From assembly GCF_011745625.1 (NCBI RefSeq), contig NW_027191479.1:186001-250000 (forward strand): a stretch of DNA of 64,000 nt, in the 5' to 3' direction. This document shows positions 11,798 to 24,510 of the stretch, one piece after another. The notes under the pieces were generated by a model. The model did no database searches and was not told the origin of the DNA. It saw nothing but the letters and a program-made list of their open reading frames with translations. Within the stretch, counting starts at the first letter, position 1; each line of letters opens with the position of its first letter. The position numbers were made by a program, and so were the translations under genes. This stretch comes from Cladosporium halotolerans. Taxonomy: Eukaryota.

Positions 11798-13798
11798 CTA
11801 ACAAGGCCCCATCATATGCGTCAACTGCACGACATCCTCCCCAGCCTCCTCACCCTTCTCATCCTCATCCAACAAATCCTCAATGACCTTCGCATCCCTC
11901 ACCCCAAAGAAGCTCTTGACACCGTCCGCCAACCGCTCCGAAACCTTGCCTAGCTCCTCCTCATCGATCGCCGCAAAGCAAAGCCTGAAATACTTCCACC
12001 CCTCCGCGTCCCGGATCTCCGCCGTGGGACTGAACATGGTCCCCGGCGCCACCAGCACCAGCGCCGGCTTGCGCGTCCACCAGATCCACAGTGCCTTCGA
12101 CAGCCGCGGCAGCGCGTCCTTCTTCGCGTAGTGCGAGTACAGAGGGTGGCCCTCGAAGTGCACGCGCAGCCACACGAACATCCCGCCCACGGGCCAGTCG
12201 AAGCTGTACAGCTGCTGCTTCTCGACCACGCTCCACTCCTCCGCGTCGCCGTCGGAGTCTTCCGCGAGCAGCGAGGCGAAGCTGTTCCGCCGCCCGGTCT
12301 TCACGGCGTCTTTTCCAGAGTCGAGAATCCGCGACATCCGGTTCATCCGCCGCTCGTAGTTCCCGCGCAGCCCTTCGAGCCAGCGTACCCAGCCGGCAAT
12401 CCTCCAGCCGTCGCCGGCGGGGAGGCCCGGTTTGCCGGATTTTTTGATGTTGGCGGCGATCCCGCTGTGGTCGGGGCCGAGCAGGAGCTCGGCGATCATG
12501 CTCTGCACGAAGCCCGAGGGCTGCTGTGTGGTCGTCTCGGTGATGCGCAGGATGCGCTCGACGAAGGCCGGCTGCGCGGTGATCCAGCCCAGGCGGCAGC
12601 CGGGCGCGACGGTTTTGGAGAAGGTGTCGAGGCGCAGCACGCGGCCGTCCGTGTCGATGTTGATGTACGAGGGCACGAGGCTGTCGAGGAAGTCGAAGCC
12701 GGAGGATTTCCAGTGTGCTGGGCGCGGTTCGCCGGTTGTCAGGAGGGGGATGGTGGGGTTGAAGGAGGTGTTGGTGGCGTCGGAGGTGGATATTGTGTTG
12801 ACTGCGGTCGCGGTGGGGAATTGCAGGTACCAGTAGGGGTCGTCTTCGACGATCAGCACGTCGTACTTCTGGCATAGGGCGTAGATTTCGCGGCGGCGTT
12901 CGAGCGATTGCACACCGGAGGTTGGGTTCTGGCCCATGCTGTGAGGTGTTAGCTAAGTTGGAGGGTGAAGTCTGACGGGAATTCCTCACGTGACTGTGTA
13001 CATCAAGTGCGGCCTCTTGCCCTTCTTGAAGTCCCAGTTCTCCAAGACGTCCTTCAGGCCGCCTGGACCGTCGGCACGCATACCCTCGTCGTCCAGGGCG
13101 ACAGGTGCAATGTTGAGGCCTCTTGGTGAAGCACTCTGCACAGCGTTCATGTATTCGAATTGCTCAACCAACAAGCCCTCTCTGTCCCTGACCCAATCCT
13201 TCTCCTCGCTCCATTCGTTGGTGAAAGCCTGCAGGACCTTGCTAAAGCCATCGGTGTTACCGCAAGTCAGAATGACCTCAGGACCGCCTTTGTACGGACA
13301 GTTGGGGTGTAGGTTCTCCTGTGTGAACTGTCGGATGAAGTAGTAAAGCGGCGGGTATCCCTGAGCAGTGCCATACTGGAGGGCAGTTGACAGATCGATC
13401 TTCTTGAGCGGGTTCTTCTGCGATGAGGTGTGCGGAACTTCAAGGGTGTTCTGGGGCTGGTGCAGCGGGCTGCTCTGCGTCTTGCTCTTGTCGTTGAGGT
13501 CCAATGCAGCCAGAGCTTCCTCCTCGGACGGCGGATCAATGGGCTTGTTCGGCGTAGGCTGCCATCTCTGCGGCTCGGCGATTTTGGCCTCGAGGGTGTC
13601 GAATGGGAAGTAGTAGTTGTTGGGCAGACCACCGGCGAGCTGGCCAATGCCGGGAATGGCGAAGTACTTGTAGAAGGCCTTGATGGAGCTCGCGGCACGG
13701 GTTTTGGTGCTCCTGCTGAGATGGTGGCTCAAGTCCTTGGGCGGCGGGCGAGTATCATTGCCGCTATCGGTGGACTGGTGGGTTGATGAGGGTGGCAT
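11798..13798 (-). CDS. ARO8: PLP-dependent aromatic amino acid / 2-aminoadipate aminotransferase (Aro8 family)
   Basis: Intron 12989..12939. Motifs ALQYGTAQGYP, GQNPTSG, IVEDDPY, RLDTFSKTVAPGCRLGW and GGMFVW. Confidence 0.88.
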
Positions 13799-14498
13799 GG
13801 CTGTTGCCGATGGAGGCGATTGATATTGGAAAGCCAAAGAGATGAGCTACAATGACCTACCGTGACTGTCGCGATGGGAAAGACGACGTGAGCTTCCCCA
13901 GAGCGGCAGGGCTTCAATTGGGGCGAATGATGTTGCTATCGCGGCCGCAACTCGCGTCTTACAAATCCGGCAGGCGGGCAGCAATCGATGATGCAGAAAC
14001 GCGCCCTTCGGCGTCGGCACTCGGCGTCTGCACCCTGTCCGTCTCCGGTGGCCGTCTGCAGCAGCAAGAGCTCTGCGGCGTGGCGCCGGAGTATATCATC
14101 TTGCTGTATCGTGCGTGTTCGTTGACGGTGTTACCATCCGCCGCACTACTGCATACAAGATATCGCCGGATCGCTACTGTCAGGTACGCCTGTCACACGC
14201 GAGATAATCCGAGGATGTCCCGCCAAGACGACATCCCGCCCAATGCCGAGCGGAGCTCCAACAGCGTGCTTCGCCAGCGGCACGCGTAAGATCTGCGACC
14301 CTTGAAGATGCCTGGGTCGGAAGTGCTGCTCTCTTTGCGACACCCTCTCGTACAAAGTCGTCGCGTTTACTGCTTTTGAATATTTGTTGTGGTCGCTCGC
14401 GAATCCTAATGATGCATCGATAGACTCAGCGCAGGCGCCACATTCACTCCAGACAGGACCACGAAAAAGAGACGGCGAGGTCGGAAATCACACAAAAC

Positions 14499-16547
14499 AT
14501 GGGCCCGCACAGGAACGACGAAGAGGAGGCTGCCGATGCCGACGACGAATCACAACCCATCCGTCCATACCACGATGACCCCGAGGATTCAGACAGCATC
14601 GGCGCAGACTCGCCTCTGCGCCAAACGCCGACTATAGAGCTCGAAGGCTTGCGCGGCCAATTCAACCCATCGTGGCAAGAGAGGATTGCGAATAATGTAC
14701 CACCAGGCGTTCACAGAGCATGGGCTGCCACGAAAGAGTGGGTGAAGGGCCCGCAGCCGCCTCGCATATACACAATCACACCAATCTTCCCGAAAGTACA
14801 ACATGCGCCTCTGTCTTTATTGGATCGCTATGCGCCGAGAAAGACCCATCGTACATTTTTGCTTGGATTCTGGTACCTGGCGTGGCTGCTTGTTTTCAGT
14901 TTGGCATTATGGCGGAGCAGTTTCGCAGCGAAGATTCCCGGATATGGCAGTCCAACGCGCATAGGCTGCTCCGCGAGATACTGGTCTGATTTCAACCGAT
15001 GCGGTCTCAACGGAGATCAGTGTAGACCGTTCTCAAACCAATCTATGGCTTTCAGGTGCCCGGCCAACTGCGACAGGATCCTTGCACTAGATCCGCATGC
15101 CGTGGGTGACAGAGAAATTGTATACAAGCCTCAAGTCATCGGCGGTTCTGTCGAGTACCAGACTGGCTTCTCGGATGATATCGTGGATAACGCAATTTAC
15201 CGAGGAGACAGCTTCATCTGCGCTTCTGCCGTTCACGCCGGCTTCATCAATGACCTTGAGGGTGGATGCGGTGTCTTGACACTCACCGGCGAGCAGCCCT
15301 CTTTCCCCGGTCTGAAGCAGCACAGTATCGAGTCAACTCCGTTCCCCAGTTACTTCCCGCAGACATTTGGATTCCTGTCGGGTACGCGATCGCAATGCAA
15401 AGACCTTCGATGGCCCACACTGGCGATCACTGTATTCTTCACCTCTATGCTTTCGATATTCACGACGAGCCCTGGGGTCTTTTTCTGGTCGAACTTCGTA
15501 GCCTTGTTCTTCCATGTTGGCCTGGTATCCGATCCGCCAAACCTCACCAATTACTATTCTCTACTATCTTTGGCATTTGGTCGCTTTCTCCCGGCCTGCT
15601 TCTGCGCGGCGATTACCTACAAATACACGGTCAAGCGGTCACTTACCGGCCTGACCGCTCAGTTCGAGAAAACTGTTCTTTGGCTGGGACCTGCCTGGGT
15701 CGGTGCTTTGAACAACTACACGTTCGATCGCATTCCGATCCAGCGTCTGACTCCTCATGACATCCAAGCTCAGCCAGGCGCGATTCCAGCATTGATCATA
15801 ATCGTGCTGTCAATCTTCTTCATTGCGCTCGGTCAGGCGTGGTCTTTCCGCGTTGAAGGTCGCATGCCGCGTTACCTGCTTATCTACTCTCTCTTCGTGC
15901 TCGGCTTGCTGCTACTTCTTGCAATCCCCGGCGAAAACCTCCGCATACATCATTACATCCTAGCCCTGCTTCTACTGCCAGGTACCTGCTTCCAAAACCG
16001 GCCCTCCTTGCTCTACCAAGGCCTCCTAGTCGGGCTCTTCATCAACGGCATCGCCCGCTGGGGCTTCGATAGCATCATCCAAACGCCCGGCGAGCTGCTC
16101 AAGGACGCCCAGCAGAAATCTCTCCTCCCGAACATCGACGTCCTCAACGTCGGCCAGAACAACATCACCTTCGACCTCGGTCCGCTGCCAGTCTACGATC
16201 CGAAGAAGAAGAAGTCGTACGACGGCGTCTCAGTCCTCGTAAACGACGTCGAGCGCTTCCGCGGGTACGGTGACGACACTTCGTATTGGGATGGGGCGTA
16301 CGGCACGCTCAATGATCACTACACATGGACTTGGACTCGGCACAGGTTGGGGCGCGAGGTTACTGATTTGGTTTCTGATGAGGAGGCAGTCGACGACAAG
16401 AGGGCTGTCGATGCGCTCAGGGCCCAATACCCGGAGTTCTTCCGCTTTGGATACATGGCTGGCAGTCGTGCTGCGGACTTCACTAAAGCTGGTGTTTGGG
16501 AGGCGGATGGGCAGTGGAGGCATATGGCGAGTGGGCCAAGTCGGTAG
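14499..16547 (+). CDS. LCCL-domain multi-pass membrane protein
   Basis: Single 682 aa ORF. YRGDSFICASAVHAG (LCCL), followed by multiple transmembrane segments, LRIHHYILALLLLPG and a C-terminal DFTKAG. Confidence 0.85.
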   Translation: MGPHRNDEEEAADADDESQPIRPYHDDPEDSDSIGADSPLRQTPTIELEGLRGQFNPSWQERIANNVPPGVHRAWAATKEWVKGPQPPRIYTITPIFPKVQHAPLSLLDRYAPRKTHRTFLLGFWYLAWLLVFSLALWRSSFAAKIPGYGSPTRIGCSARYWSDFNRCGLNGDQCRPFSNQSMAFRCPANCDRILALDPHAVGDREIVYKPQVIGGSVEYQTGFSDDIVDNAIYRGDSFICASAVHAGFINDLEGGCGVLTLTGEQPSFPGLKQHSIESTPFPSYFPQTFGFLSGTRSQCKDLRWPTLAITVFFTSMLSIFTTSPGVFFWSNFVALFFHVGLVSDPPNLTNYYSLLSLAFGRFLPACFCAAITYKYTVKRSLTGLTAQFEKTVLWLGPAWVGALNNYTFDRIPIQRLTPHDIQAQPGAIPALIIIVLSIFFIALGQAWSFRVEGRMPRYLLIYSLFVLGLLLLLAIPGENLRIHHYILALLLLPGTCFQNRPSLLYQGLLVGLFINGIARWGFDSIIQTPGELLKDAQQKSLLPNIDVLNVGQNNITFDLGPLPVYDPKKKKSYDGVSVLVNDVERFRGYGDDTSYWDGAYGTLNDHYTWTWTRHRLGREVTDLVSDEEAVDDKRAVDALRAQYPEFFRFGYMAGSRAADFTKAGVWEADGQWRHMASGPSR

Positions 16548-16650
16548 TACCGAGATATACATATGATAGAGAAGTACACATGCGATAGATTTGGCACATG
16601 GATTGATTCATCATCGAGCCAGGGTGAAACCATTCGATCTCAGCTCTCAT

Positions 16651-18236
16651 TCAAAGCTCATTTCTCTTCCTCGCATTCGCCGCTTGAGGCGGCGGCGGCT
16701 GGACCTTCAAGATCGCCCTCTTATACCTCCTGATCGGCGGGGTCCCACTCCCCGTCACCTCCAGAATAACATGATATTGCTCGCAAACATCCTGCACACC
16801 CTCCGGCGCCCACAACCCCGGCCCCGCCGCGCACGCCACTTCCGCCTCTGGCAACCTCGTCGTCACCACATCCCCTCTCGCACCTCCCATCACCGTGAAA
16901 TTCAGCTGCGCCACCTCATCCACAGTCCCTTGCATCGTATTGATATCCCGATACTGCCACCACTTGAAACCCAATCCCCCGTGCCCTGCCACATCCGCAT
17001 CTGGATCCCACGTCCCGCTCGCATCCAACACCACCTCCTTCCCAGGCTGTACTTCCAGCTCTAACGCACCGCTCCCGCACGACCCATTCATTCCCACAAC
17101 CGGCGGGTGCGAACCCCCCTCTCCAGCTCCCTGCAAACTCCATCCCACTCGCGCCGCCATCTCCTCCTGGTACGCCCGCCGCCACCTCCACACGCTCGCC
17201 TGGTTCGACGAGTACGTCACGTGGTCAACACCTACCACGACATCCGCCGTGTCGGCATAGTGCATGCTCTGCCGGCTCAGATCCACGAGTCTGTACCGAC
17301 CTCCCCATCCACCCCATTCGGGGTGGTCTTGCGGCCCGCCGTTTACTCCGTTCTGCATCGTGTGCAGGAGCGCGGGCGAGTCGCCTTCCATTAGATAGAG
17401 TGTATCGGGGTAGAGGCTGCCGAGGGGCCCGCGTTGGAAGTGCTGCGAGATGTAGGCGGGTGAGACGAGGGAGGGGTCCGAGCCGGGGGTGTCCTGGTAG
17501 GGTTAGTTGGTTTGACGAAGGGAGGTAGGAAGGGAGGAAAGGATGAATTAACTCACGGCATCGCCGCTCATCCCCATCCACGTCGCGCGACTATACTGGT
17601 TCCAAGCGTGGACGGACGCAATATACGGAATCTGCGGGAAGTTCAGCCGGATCCACACCCCGGCGTTGTCCTGGTCCGAGATCGTGTACACGCGGATCTT
17701 GCGCGTGAACTTCTCCAGGTCGTATTGCGTCCTCGTCCCTCGGACGTGCGCGAGCGCTTCGCCCAGCACGTTGACGCCGCCCCAGGCCTGGCAGTGTAGG
17801 ATGCTGTCGTCGGGCATGCCGTCGAGGACGGCGATGAGGTGTGCGGCGCCGGAGGAGAGGGGGCGGCCGATGGCTGCCGTGCCGTAGACGGGGTGCCCTG
17901 ATTTGGCGATTGAGGAAAGGTAGGTGGCGGTGGGAAGGTGCCGGCGGAGTGGGAGTTGAGGTTGTCGACGACGGCGCCGTAGGCGGTGGTTAGGTCGAGG
18001 ATTGCGTTGGGCGTTGTCGTGCTGTTCAGCCAGTAGCTTGTTGTGGCGACCATGCCGGTTATGGTGTATTGGTCGGAGTGCAGGAGGAGGCGGACGAAGG
18101 ATTGCGTGTCGTCGGGTTCGTTCGAGATGTCGGACATGATGAAGACTTGGGGTTGGGCATCGATTTGAATTGCTGGTGGGCATCTTTGTGTCACGGCGAG
18201 CCCTGCTAGGAGCAGAGCGATGGCGAGATGCTTCAT
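16651..18236 (-). CDS. Secreted DUF1593 (Sde182 / nucleoside-hydrolase-like) protein; apparent 1-nt frameshift at about 17933
   Basis: Signal peptide, VFIMSDISNEPDDTQSFVRLL, QAWGG, VYTISDQD, MEGDSP, WGGWGGRY, LDASGTWDPD. Intron at about 17555..17496. The reading frame breaks in a C3 run. Confidence 0.8.
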
Positions 18237-18793
18237 GGTGGTAAGTGGTGATTGTCCAGTGACCAGGTACCGAACAGGCTCTTCATGTCGAAGTGACGAG
18301 GAGCAAGCATGGCTATAGTTTTATTCAGCGGGAGCACAGCTCGGTGTAATGTCTTCCGTAGCCAGATGCCAGAGAATGCCAATCGTAACTACAAATAGTT
18401 TATCTCATCGCCATGCTCCACACGTGGGGAAGTGTGGAGATCAAAGAATCCGGAGAGACTGGCAATGGCCCTGATCATCTCTTGCATCGGCAGTCAAGAA
18501 CAACGAGAATGCCGGCCTCACTTACTTAATCCCTTGAAGAGGACTTCGAAACGTCTCAAAGTACTCTTCTTTGCTGGAAGGTTGCCTTAGCCGTGGGGGC
18601 TGAACTATAGAGTCTCCACCTATATGACATGCACGTTGTCGGACTTCACGAGAAGAGCCGAGGCGTCTTCCGTGAACGCTACGTACCATGTCAGCTGTAA
18701 CCATTAAGCGTGATTTCTAGTAATACTTTTGAATTGACCGTCAGCCTGAGACTCAATTTGACCTTTAGCCCTTCGCCCACAGATCTTGTGATA

Positions 18794-19755
18794 ATGGCAG
18801 TCGACAGCCGCCTGAAAGACCGCATCGCCGTCATCACCGGAGGTAGTTCTGGGATAGGCAAAGCCACCGCCATCAATTTTCCAACTCAGGAGCAAAAATT
18901 GTCATCGCAGATGTGAAGTCCAGCGGAGTTGAAGAGCAGATACAGAAGCTCCACGGCGCAGACTTGGCCATCTTCATCAGTTGTGACGTCTCACAGGAAA
19001 CTGACATCCAGCAATTGATTCAGAAGACAGTCGAATGGGCGGGCCGCCTGGACATCATCTGCAACTATGCTGGCATCGCCGCGGAATTGGCTTACGACTT
19101 TCCGGTCCGCTGCCACACGATGGACACCAAAGACTTCGATCGCACAATGGACATCAACTGCCGTGGAACGTGGTTGTGCTGCAAGTATGCGATCAAACAA
19201 ATGATGGAGCAAGAGCCCCGCGAGCCGAACGCTCGGGGCGATAGAACGAGAGGATGGATCGTCAATGCGGCTAGTATCGCAGGGTATGATGTGCATCAGA
19301 TGGCGCGCATCGATTTGGACTGACTATGGCACAGAGTGGTCGGACATGGGAATGCTCCAGCCTATAGCACGAGCAAACATGCAGTAAGACATTCAATAGC
19401 GAATCGAGATCTCAGACCAGGATTGACCTTGGCAGGTGGTCGGTATGACCAAGCAGATGGCTCTCGACTATGCTCTGGATCGCATTCATGTCAACTGCGT
19501 CAACCCCGGCTTCGTGAACACTCCGATGATTGCAGGCGCCGTCTCCGTCTATGGAGGCGAGGAAAGGCTGGCCCAACAACATCCATGGAAGGCTCTGGGC
19601 CAGCCGGAGGATATTGCTGATGCCGCCTTGTTCCTTGCAAGCGATGAGGCGTGAGTCAGTCCTGGAGTAATCTTGATCATAGCTAACGACCTCACTCTAG
19701 GGCGTGGGTCACTGGCCATACTTTGATGGTCGATGGCGGGTTCACCGCTCAGTAG
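18794..19755 (+). CDS. Classical short-chain dehydrogenase/reductase; apparent 1-nt frameshift at about 18880
   Basis: TGGSSGIG, NYAGI, YSTSK, VNCVNPG and LMVDGG across three introns. The frame break lies between AINF and NSGAKIVIADV. Confidence 0.8.
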
Positions 19756-20856
19756 CGTCCAGTGGGGCTTGCAATCCAGCGCCATCGTGCCGTATAATGT
19801 GAATGACCTGATGAGGATGTTATTGCGGTGGTATCGTGAGCCAATCTAAAAGAGGGCGAAAGCATTTCTGCTTGACAACGACAAGCTTAAGCGGTAACGC
19901 TGAGGAGGAACGAAGATCCGACGGGAAGTAGCTACCACGCCACCGTAGCCGTGTTGAAAGCCTGTCGATTTCTGTGGCGGACTCCATGTGACTTTTCCTC
20001 TCGCATGAATGTAAGTCCTGCTCCGAGGTGCCGTCCGACATCGTTCACGAGTCGTGGTACGACCAGCCATCCAGCGAGGCGATGCCCCGGTGAATTGGGC
20101 TTAGGTTCTGTTGCGAACATTCCCTTCGACAAGGCTCGCGGCCCGTTTTCCCGTGGCGCAAAACTCAATGCCAAAACCCGCTTCCGGTTATTATCACTGA
20201 TGAAGAAAGATGTGTCCGCCGAGCCCAAGTGCAGCCCAAAGGCGCGGGGTTCTGTAAATTTGCGGAGAAGTGATCTGTCCTTTGTCTCCACTTCATCAAC
20301 ATGCCGCCGCAACCTTTCCGCTGCAGGCACGGAGCAGGCACAGCAAAACCCGGCTGAGATGTGGCTACGAGAGGGAATCTGGTCCCCCGTGTCTGGGCGT
20401 CCATCTTTACGCCTAGCCCGTCTCTGAGCCGCATCCATACTTTCCTCTCCAGGCGATTACATTGGACACATTCGGTGGCAATTGAGCGAGCCGCCGTCTA
20501 AGCGAGTCGCCATTGGACTCCAAATGGCGGACTCAATGCAATATTGGACCTTTTCCAGGGCCTCGCAAGATTTACCGAGGTGTCTTCAGAGGCTGAGCGT
20601 GCTGATGTGCAGACCTCGTGACCGTTGCCAATACACGGCGTCTGAAACCGCAATCTAGAGCAGCCCTCGCAATCTCGGACCGTGTCTGCTCTCGACCATA
20701 CCCAAACACGACGCGATCTGCGCTTTTTCCCTGTAGTGTTGCTGCGATGGGCAATTATTGGCTGCTGCCGGGTGAGCTATATAGGAATGTCGCTCTCCAT
20801 GATCTGAGATACTCATCAATCCAACCACACTGAACTTCGCTCTTCTCACAGGCACC

Positions 20857-22268
20857 ATGGCCCACAAGCTGGCTTTTGTTTTGTCTTCAGCGCTGGCTAT
20901 TCAATCGGTCTTCGCTCAACAGCCAGGCAAAATTCCCGAGAAGCACCCAAAGTTGACCACGCACAAGTGTACCAAGGCCCGTGGCTGCACTGCTCAAAAG
21001 TCCTCCCTTGTTATTGACTGGAACAACCATCAACTTCAACAGAAGGATGGCTCCTCTTGCGCCGTAGGTTCTGCAGCCTGCTTGGACGATGCCACCTGCA
21101 ACAAAAACTGTGTTGTCCAGGGCGTGGACTATCTTAAGGCTGGTGTCCGGACCTCGGGAGATTCGGTGACGCTCAACCAGTACACACCTAACGGCAATGG
21201 AGGATACAACCACGCCTCGCCAAGAGTCTACCTGCTCGACAAAAAGGGCGATAAATACGAGAGCGTCAAACTCACAGGTCAGGAATTGGTGTTCGACGTC
21301 GACGTCTCGACTCTTCCCTGCGGCATGAACGGTGCCCTGTACCTGTCCGAGATGGACATGTCCGGAGGAAAGAGCAAGACAAACCCCGGTGCCGCCTACG
21401 GTTCTGGTTACTGTGATGCTCAGTGCCCCAAGTTGAGCTGGTTTAATGGCACTGTGAACACTGGATCGCTTGGCGCGTGCTGCAATGAGATGGACATTTG
21501 GGAGGCGAATGGCCGCGCCACAGGGTACACGCCGCACCCTTGCAGTGTCGAGAGCATTGGCGGCTGCACTGGCGCGGACTGCGAGTTCAACGGAGTCTGC
21601 GACAAGTGGGGATGCGGCTTCAACCCCTACGCCATGGGACGCCAGCAGTACTATGGTTACAACAACTCCTTTACTATCAACACGTCGAAGAAGTTCACCG
21701 TCTTGGTAAGTTTGAGGTTCTCTCAAAATCACTTGAGATGTATGCTGACCACTACCCAAAGACCCAATTCATCACCGACGATGGTACCACCTCTGGCACT
21801 CTGATCGACGTCCGCCGCACGTACATGCAGGACGGAAAGGTAATCGCAAACGCCAATGCCACCAGCGCATCGGGTCGTGAGGGCCTTACAAGCATCACTG
21901 ATGTATGTTTCCCGTCCATGTCCAGAGAAAACAAATCTAAAAATTCCCAGGAATACTGCGACGCCGCAAGCACCGAAGGCAAGCGCCTCGGCGGCCTCGC
22001 CACCATGGGCGGCGCTCTCGAGCGCGGCATGGTCCTCATCTTCTCGATCTGGAACAGCGACGGCGATTTCATGAACTGGATGGACAGCGGCAATTCCGGG
22101 CCTTGCAATGCCACTGAGGGCGACCCCAAGCTCATCCTCGCGAACCAGCCGGACACCCACGTCACCTGGAGCAACGTTCGCTGGGGTGATATTGGGTCCA
22201 CGCTCCCCAAAGCTGGCCCGGGACCCGTCAAGCCGACTTCGCCGAAGCCGAAGCCGCCGCACAACTAA
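20857..22268 (+). CDS. GH7 endo-beta-1,4-glucanase (Cel7B/EG I type), no CBM
   Basis: Signal peptide then Gln. SPRVYL, LPCGMNGALY, GYCDAQC and catalytic EMDIWEAN; loops are short compared with the CBH at 37576. Introns 21706..21761 and 21903..21950. Pro/Lys-rich tail. Confidence 0.92.
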
Positions 22269-22653
22269 AGGTCTCGTCGCATTTATTATGGGGTTGCTAT
22301 GAGTGAATGCCGAAGTTCTCATCGTCACGAATGGAAAAGGCGATTGGATGTTATGATCATACGAAGGAACTACTCGATTGAAACTAGCTTCGAATTTGAA
22401 CTCTCATGTTTGCTAGACCAGTCGATCGCATGCTGCTTATTTGAGACCTTCCACTGAGTGTCATTGGGAGACTCGATTTCATCTTGAAAAACGATCATCG
22501 CGCCTGGCGGATAATATTGCTTGATCTCTCTGAAGTAAACGAACGTACACCGCACGAGTATGTACGTGCTGAGAACTATACATCCACCGAAAAAGCTAAC
22601 CTGCTCTCGGCCTTCCATTGCCAACTCAAGATAAAGACATCACAGCAGTACGA

Positions 22654-23512
22654 CTATTTCCACCCATCCCCCCAAAGTCGCTGGATCCAAGTATTCTCCC
22701 TCGGCTTGGTGTTCTTGGGCGCTCTGCCATCAAGCGGCTGCGGCCCTTTCTCCGGATCCTTGGTGTCTACGACAAGACCTCGCTTGTGGCCTGGCGGATA
22801 CACGGCTCTGACGGCGGGGCGCGGCGGGCTACCCATACGGATGCCATCACGTCGAGATCGGCGGTTTGCAGAGGTTGAAGTTTGCGTTGTCTTCGAAGAG
22901 CCGCCGCGGCCCGTCAAGCGGCGAGAAGCACGCTTGAGAGTCTGGCGCATGGTCCATTGCCGGCGCTTTGCGATGATGAACAAGACGGTGCTTGCGACTG
23001 GGTAACAGAATGAGCTTGAGGTCTATAGCATGGATCGGACTTGACTTACTGCCAAATAGGACTACGAGGATCACGACGATGAGGATAGCTGCCAAACCCC
23101 CCTTGCTGAGATGAAAGGCACCCGAGCTGGATCCAGAAGCACCGCCCTCTGTGTCAACCTCGCCACTACCCAGACTCGATGCTCCAGGCTCAGAGATCTC
23201 GGGAGTGAGTGTGGGCGTTGAGGTCGCTGTTGGTGAGGTTTGCGAGGAAGTCGCCTCGTGAATGGATTGCGAGCTCGATATCGTCGCTTCCGAGACGGCG
23301 GAGGGCGCTCTTGAACCGCCAGTCGATAGAGAAGTAGATTCGAGGCTTGAATAGGTAGACTCAGCGGTCTCTGCTTGTGCACCGATCGCTGCAGCCGTGG
23401 GAGAATTAGATGGCGGGACGGTCACATAGACAACGACTGTGGTAGCAAATCGGGCGTGAGAGTATGGCAGTGTCGCAATAACGGCGATGATGGGAAGAAG
23501 TAGAGAATGCAT
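22654..23512 (-). CDS. Single-pass membrane protein with Ser/Thr-rich ectodomain (Mid2-like architecture)
   Basis: Signal peptide MHSLLLPIIAVIA, S/T stalk, TM GGLAAILIVVILVVLFG, intron at about 23049..22999, then a basic tail (AKRRQWTMRQTLKRASRRL). Confidence 0.7.
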
Positions 23513-24510
23513 TTCGCAGATTGAGAACCAGCTCGGACACACGAAGAAATCAAAAACCAGACGGAGACGACAGCACAAAGAAGGATGAGAGACGAAGGCT
23601 CTCACGAAGTACCCTTACGTTGAGGGCGTCTCGTGTCGGGCCTCGAAGCGCCCGGTCAGATGCATGTGCGATTCAAGAGACCCTTCTCTGATATGATATG
23701 CATCGTTCTTAAGCAGCTTGAATGCCATAGGACCGTTGATGCGCGCTTGGCGTCAATGGGCGGCTAGAAAGCTGGGTGGTAGGAGTGATGAAGTCGACTC
23801 ATGAGGCTGATTGGTTTTCAGGCTGCGCGACGCCCGGGTCCGTGCGTGTGGCCAGGAAAGGGCGTCGTGCTCTTTGCCCCTGCGCACTGCATCTGTCAAC
23901 AATGTACCCTTCTTGTCCCGGGCGAAGTCGCCGATACGTTTTCATTGGATCTCTTCTGTATAAAAGATTCGAGAGTCTGCAAGAGGTTCGGATGAACGGC
24001 TTCTCAATGCAGTTTGGGACCTTCGGTGAGCTTGATGCGGAGCCGACGAAAAGGCGCTACTTTTCTCAATGAAATGCGTATGCGATGGTTATTTACTGCG
24101 CTTAACTTACAGTGTTAAATTGTGATGGGCTCGCAGGAGTGCGATGGACGGACGATAGCAGCGAGAAGTGCATGGCTATGCTACTTCACTAGGTTGACTT
24201 GCACTGGGTCAAGGAACGGCAAGATTCCATGCACCGAGTGACAGGCCGCGTTTTGTGAAAATACCGTCTGACGGTAGGAGCGCAGATGCTTGTTCTGAGG
24301 TATGGAGTGGAAGCCCGAGGCGTGCCTTCCCAGCATGCCGCAACTTTGTCTTGACCTCACCTGTGGCCCACGCCGCTCACCAAACCCGCGCTCTTCATCA
24401 TCTCATGAGAGCCGAACCATGTGACTGGCGACAGACTGACCCTTTAAAGCCTTGAATAAGGCGTACTAACCTTTCTCCGTAGTTTTCGCGAGTGCATTAA
24501 GCAACACACC

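Noticed and set aside
11961..12989. Long alternative-frame and antisense ORFs over the aminotransferase (similar ones over the GH7 genes, the carrier and SCP160, e.g. 51351..52232 and 62279..63247)
   Set aside because: Shadows of strong GC3 codon bias in real genes; they have no motifs or independent gene signals.
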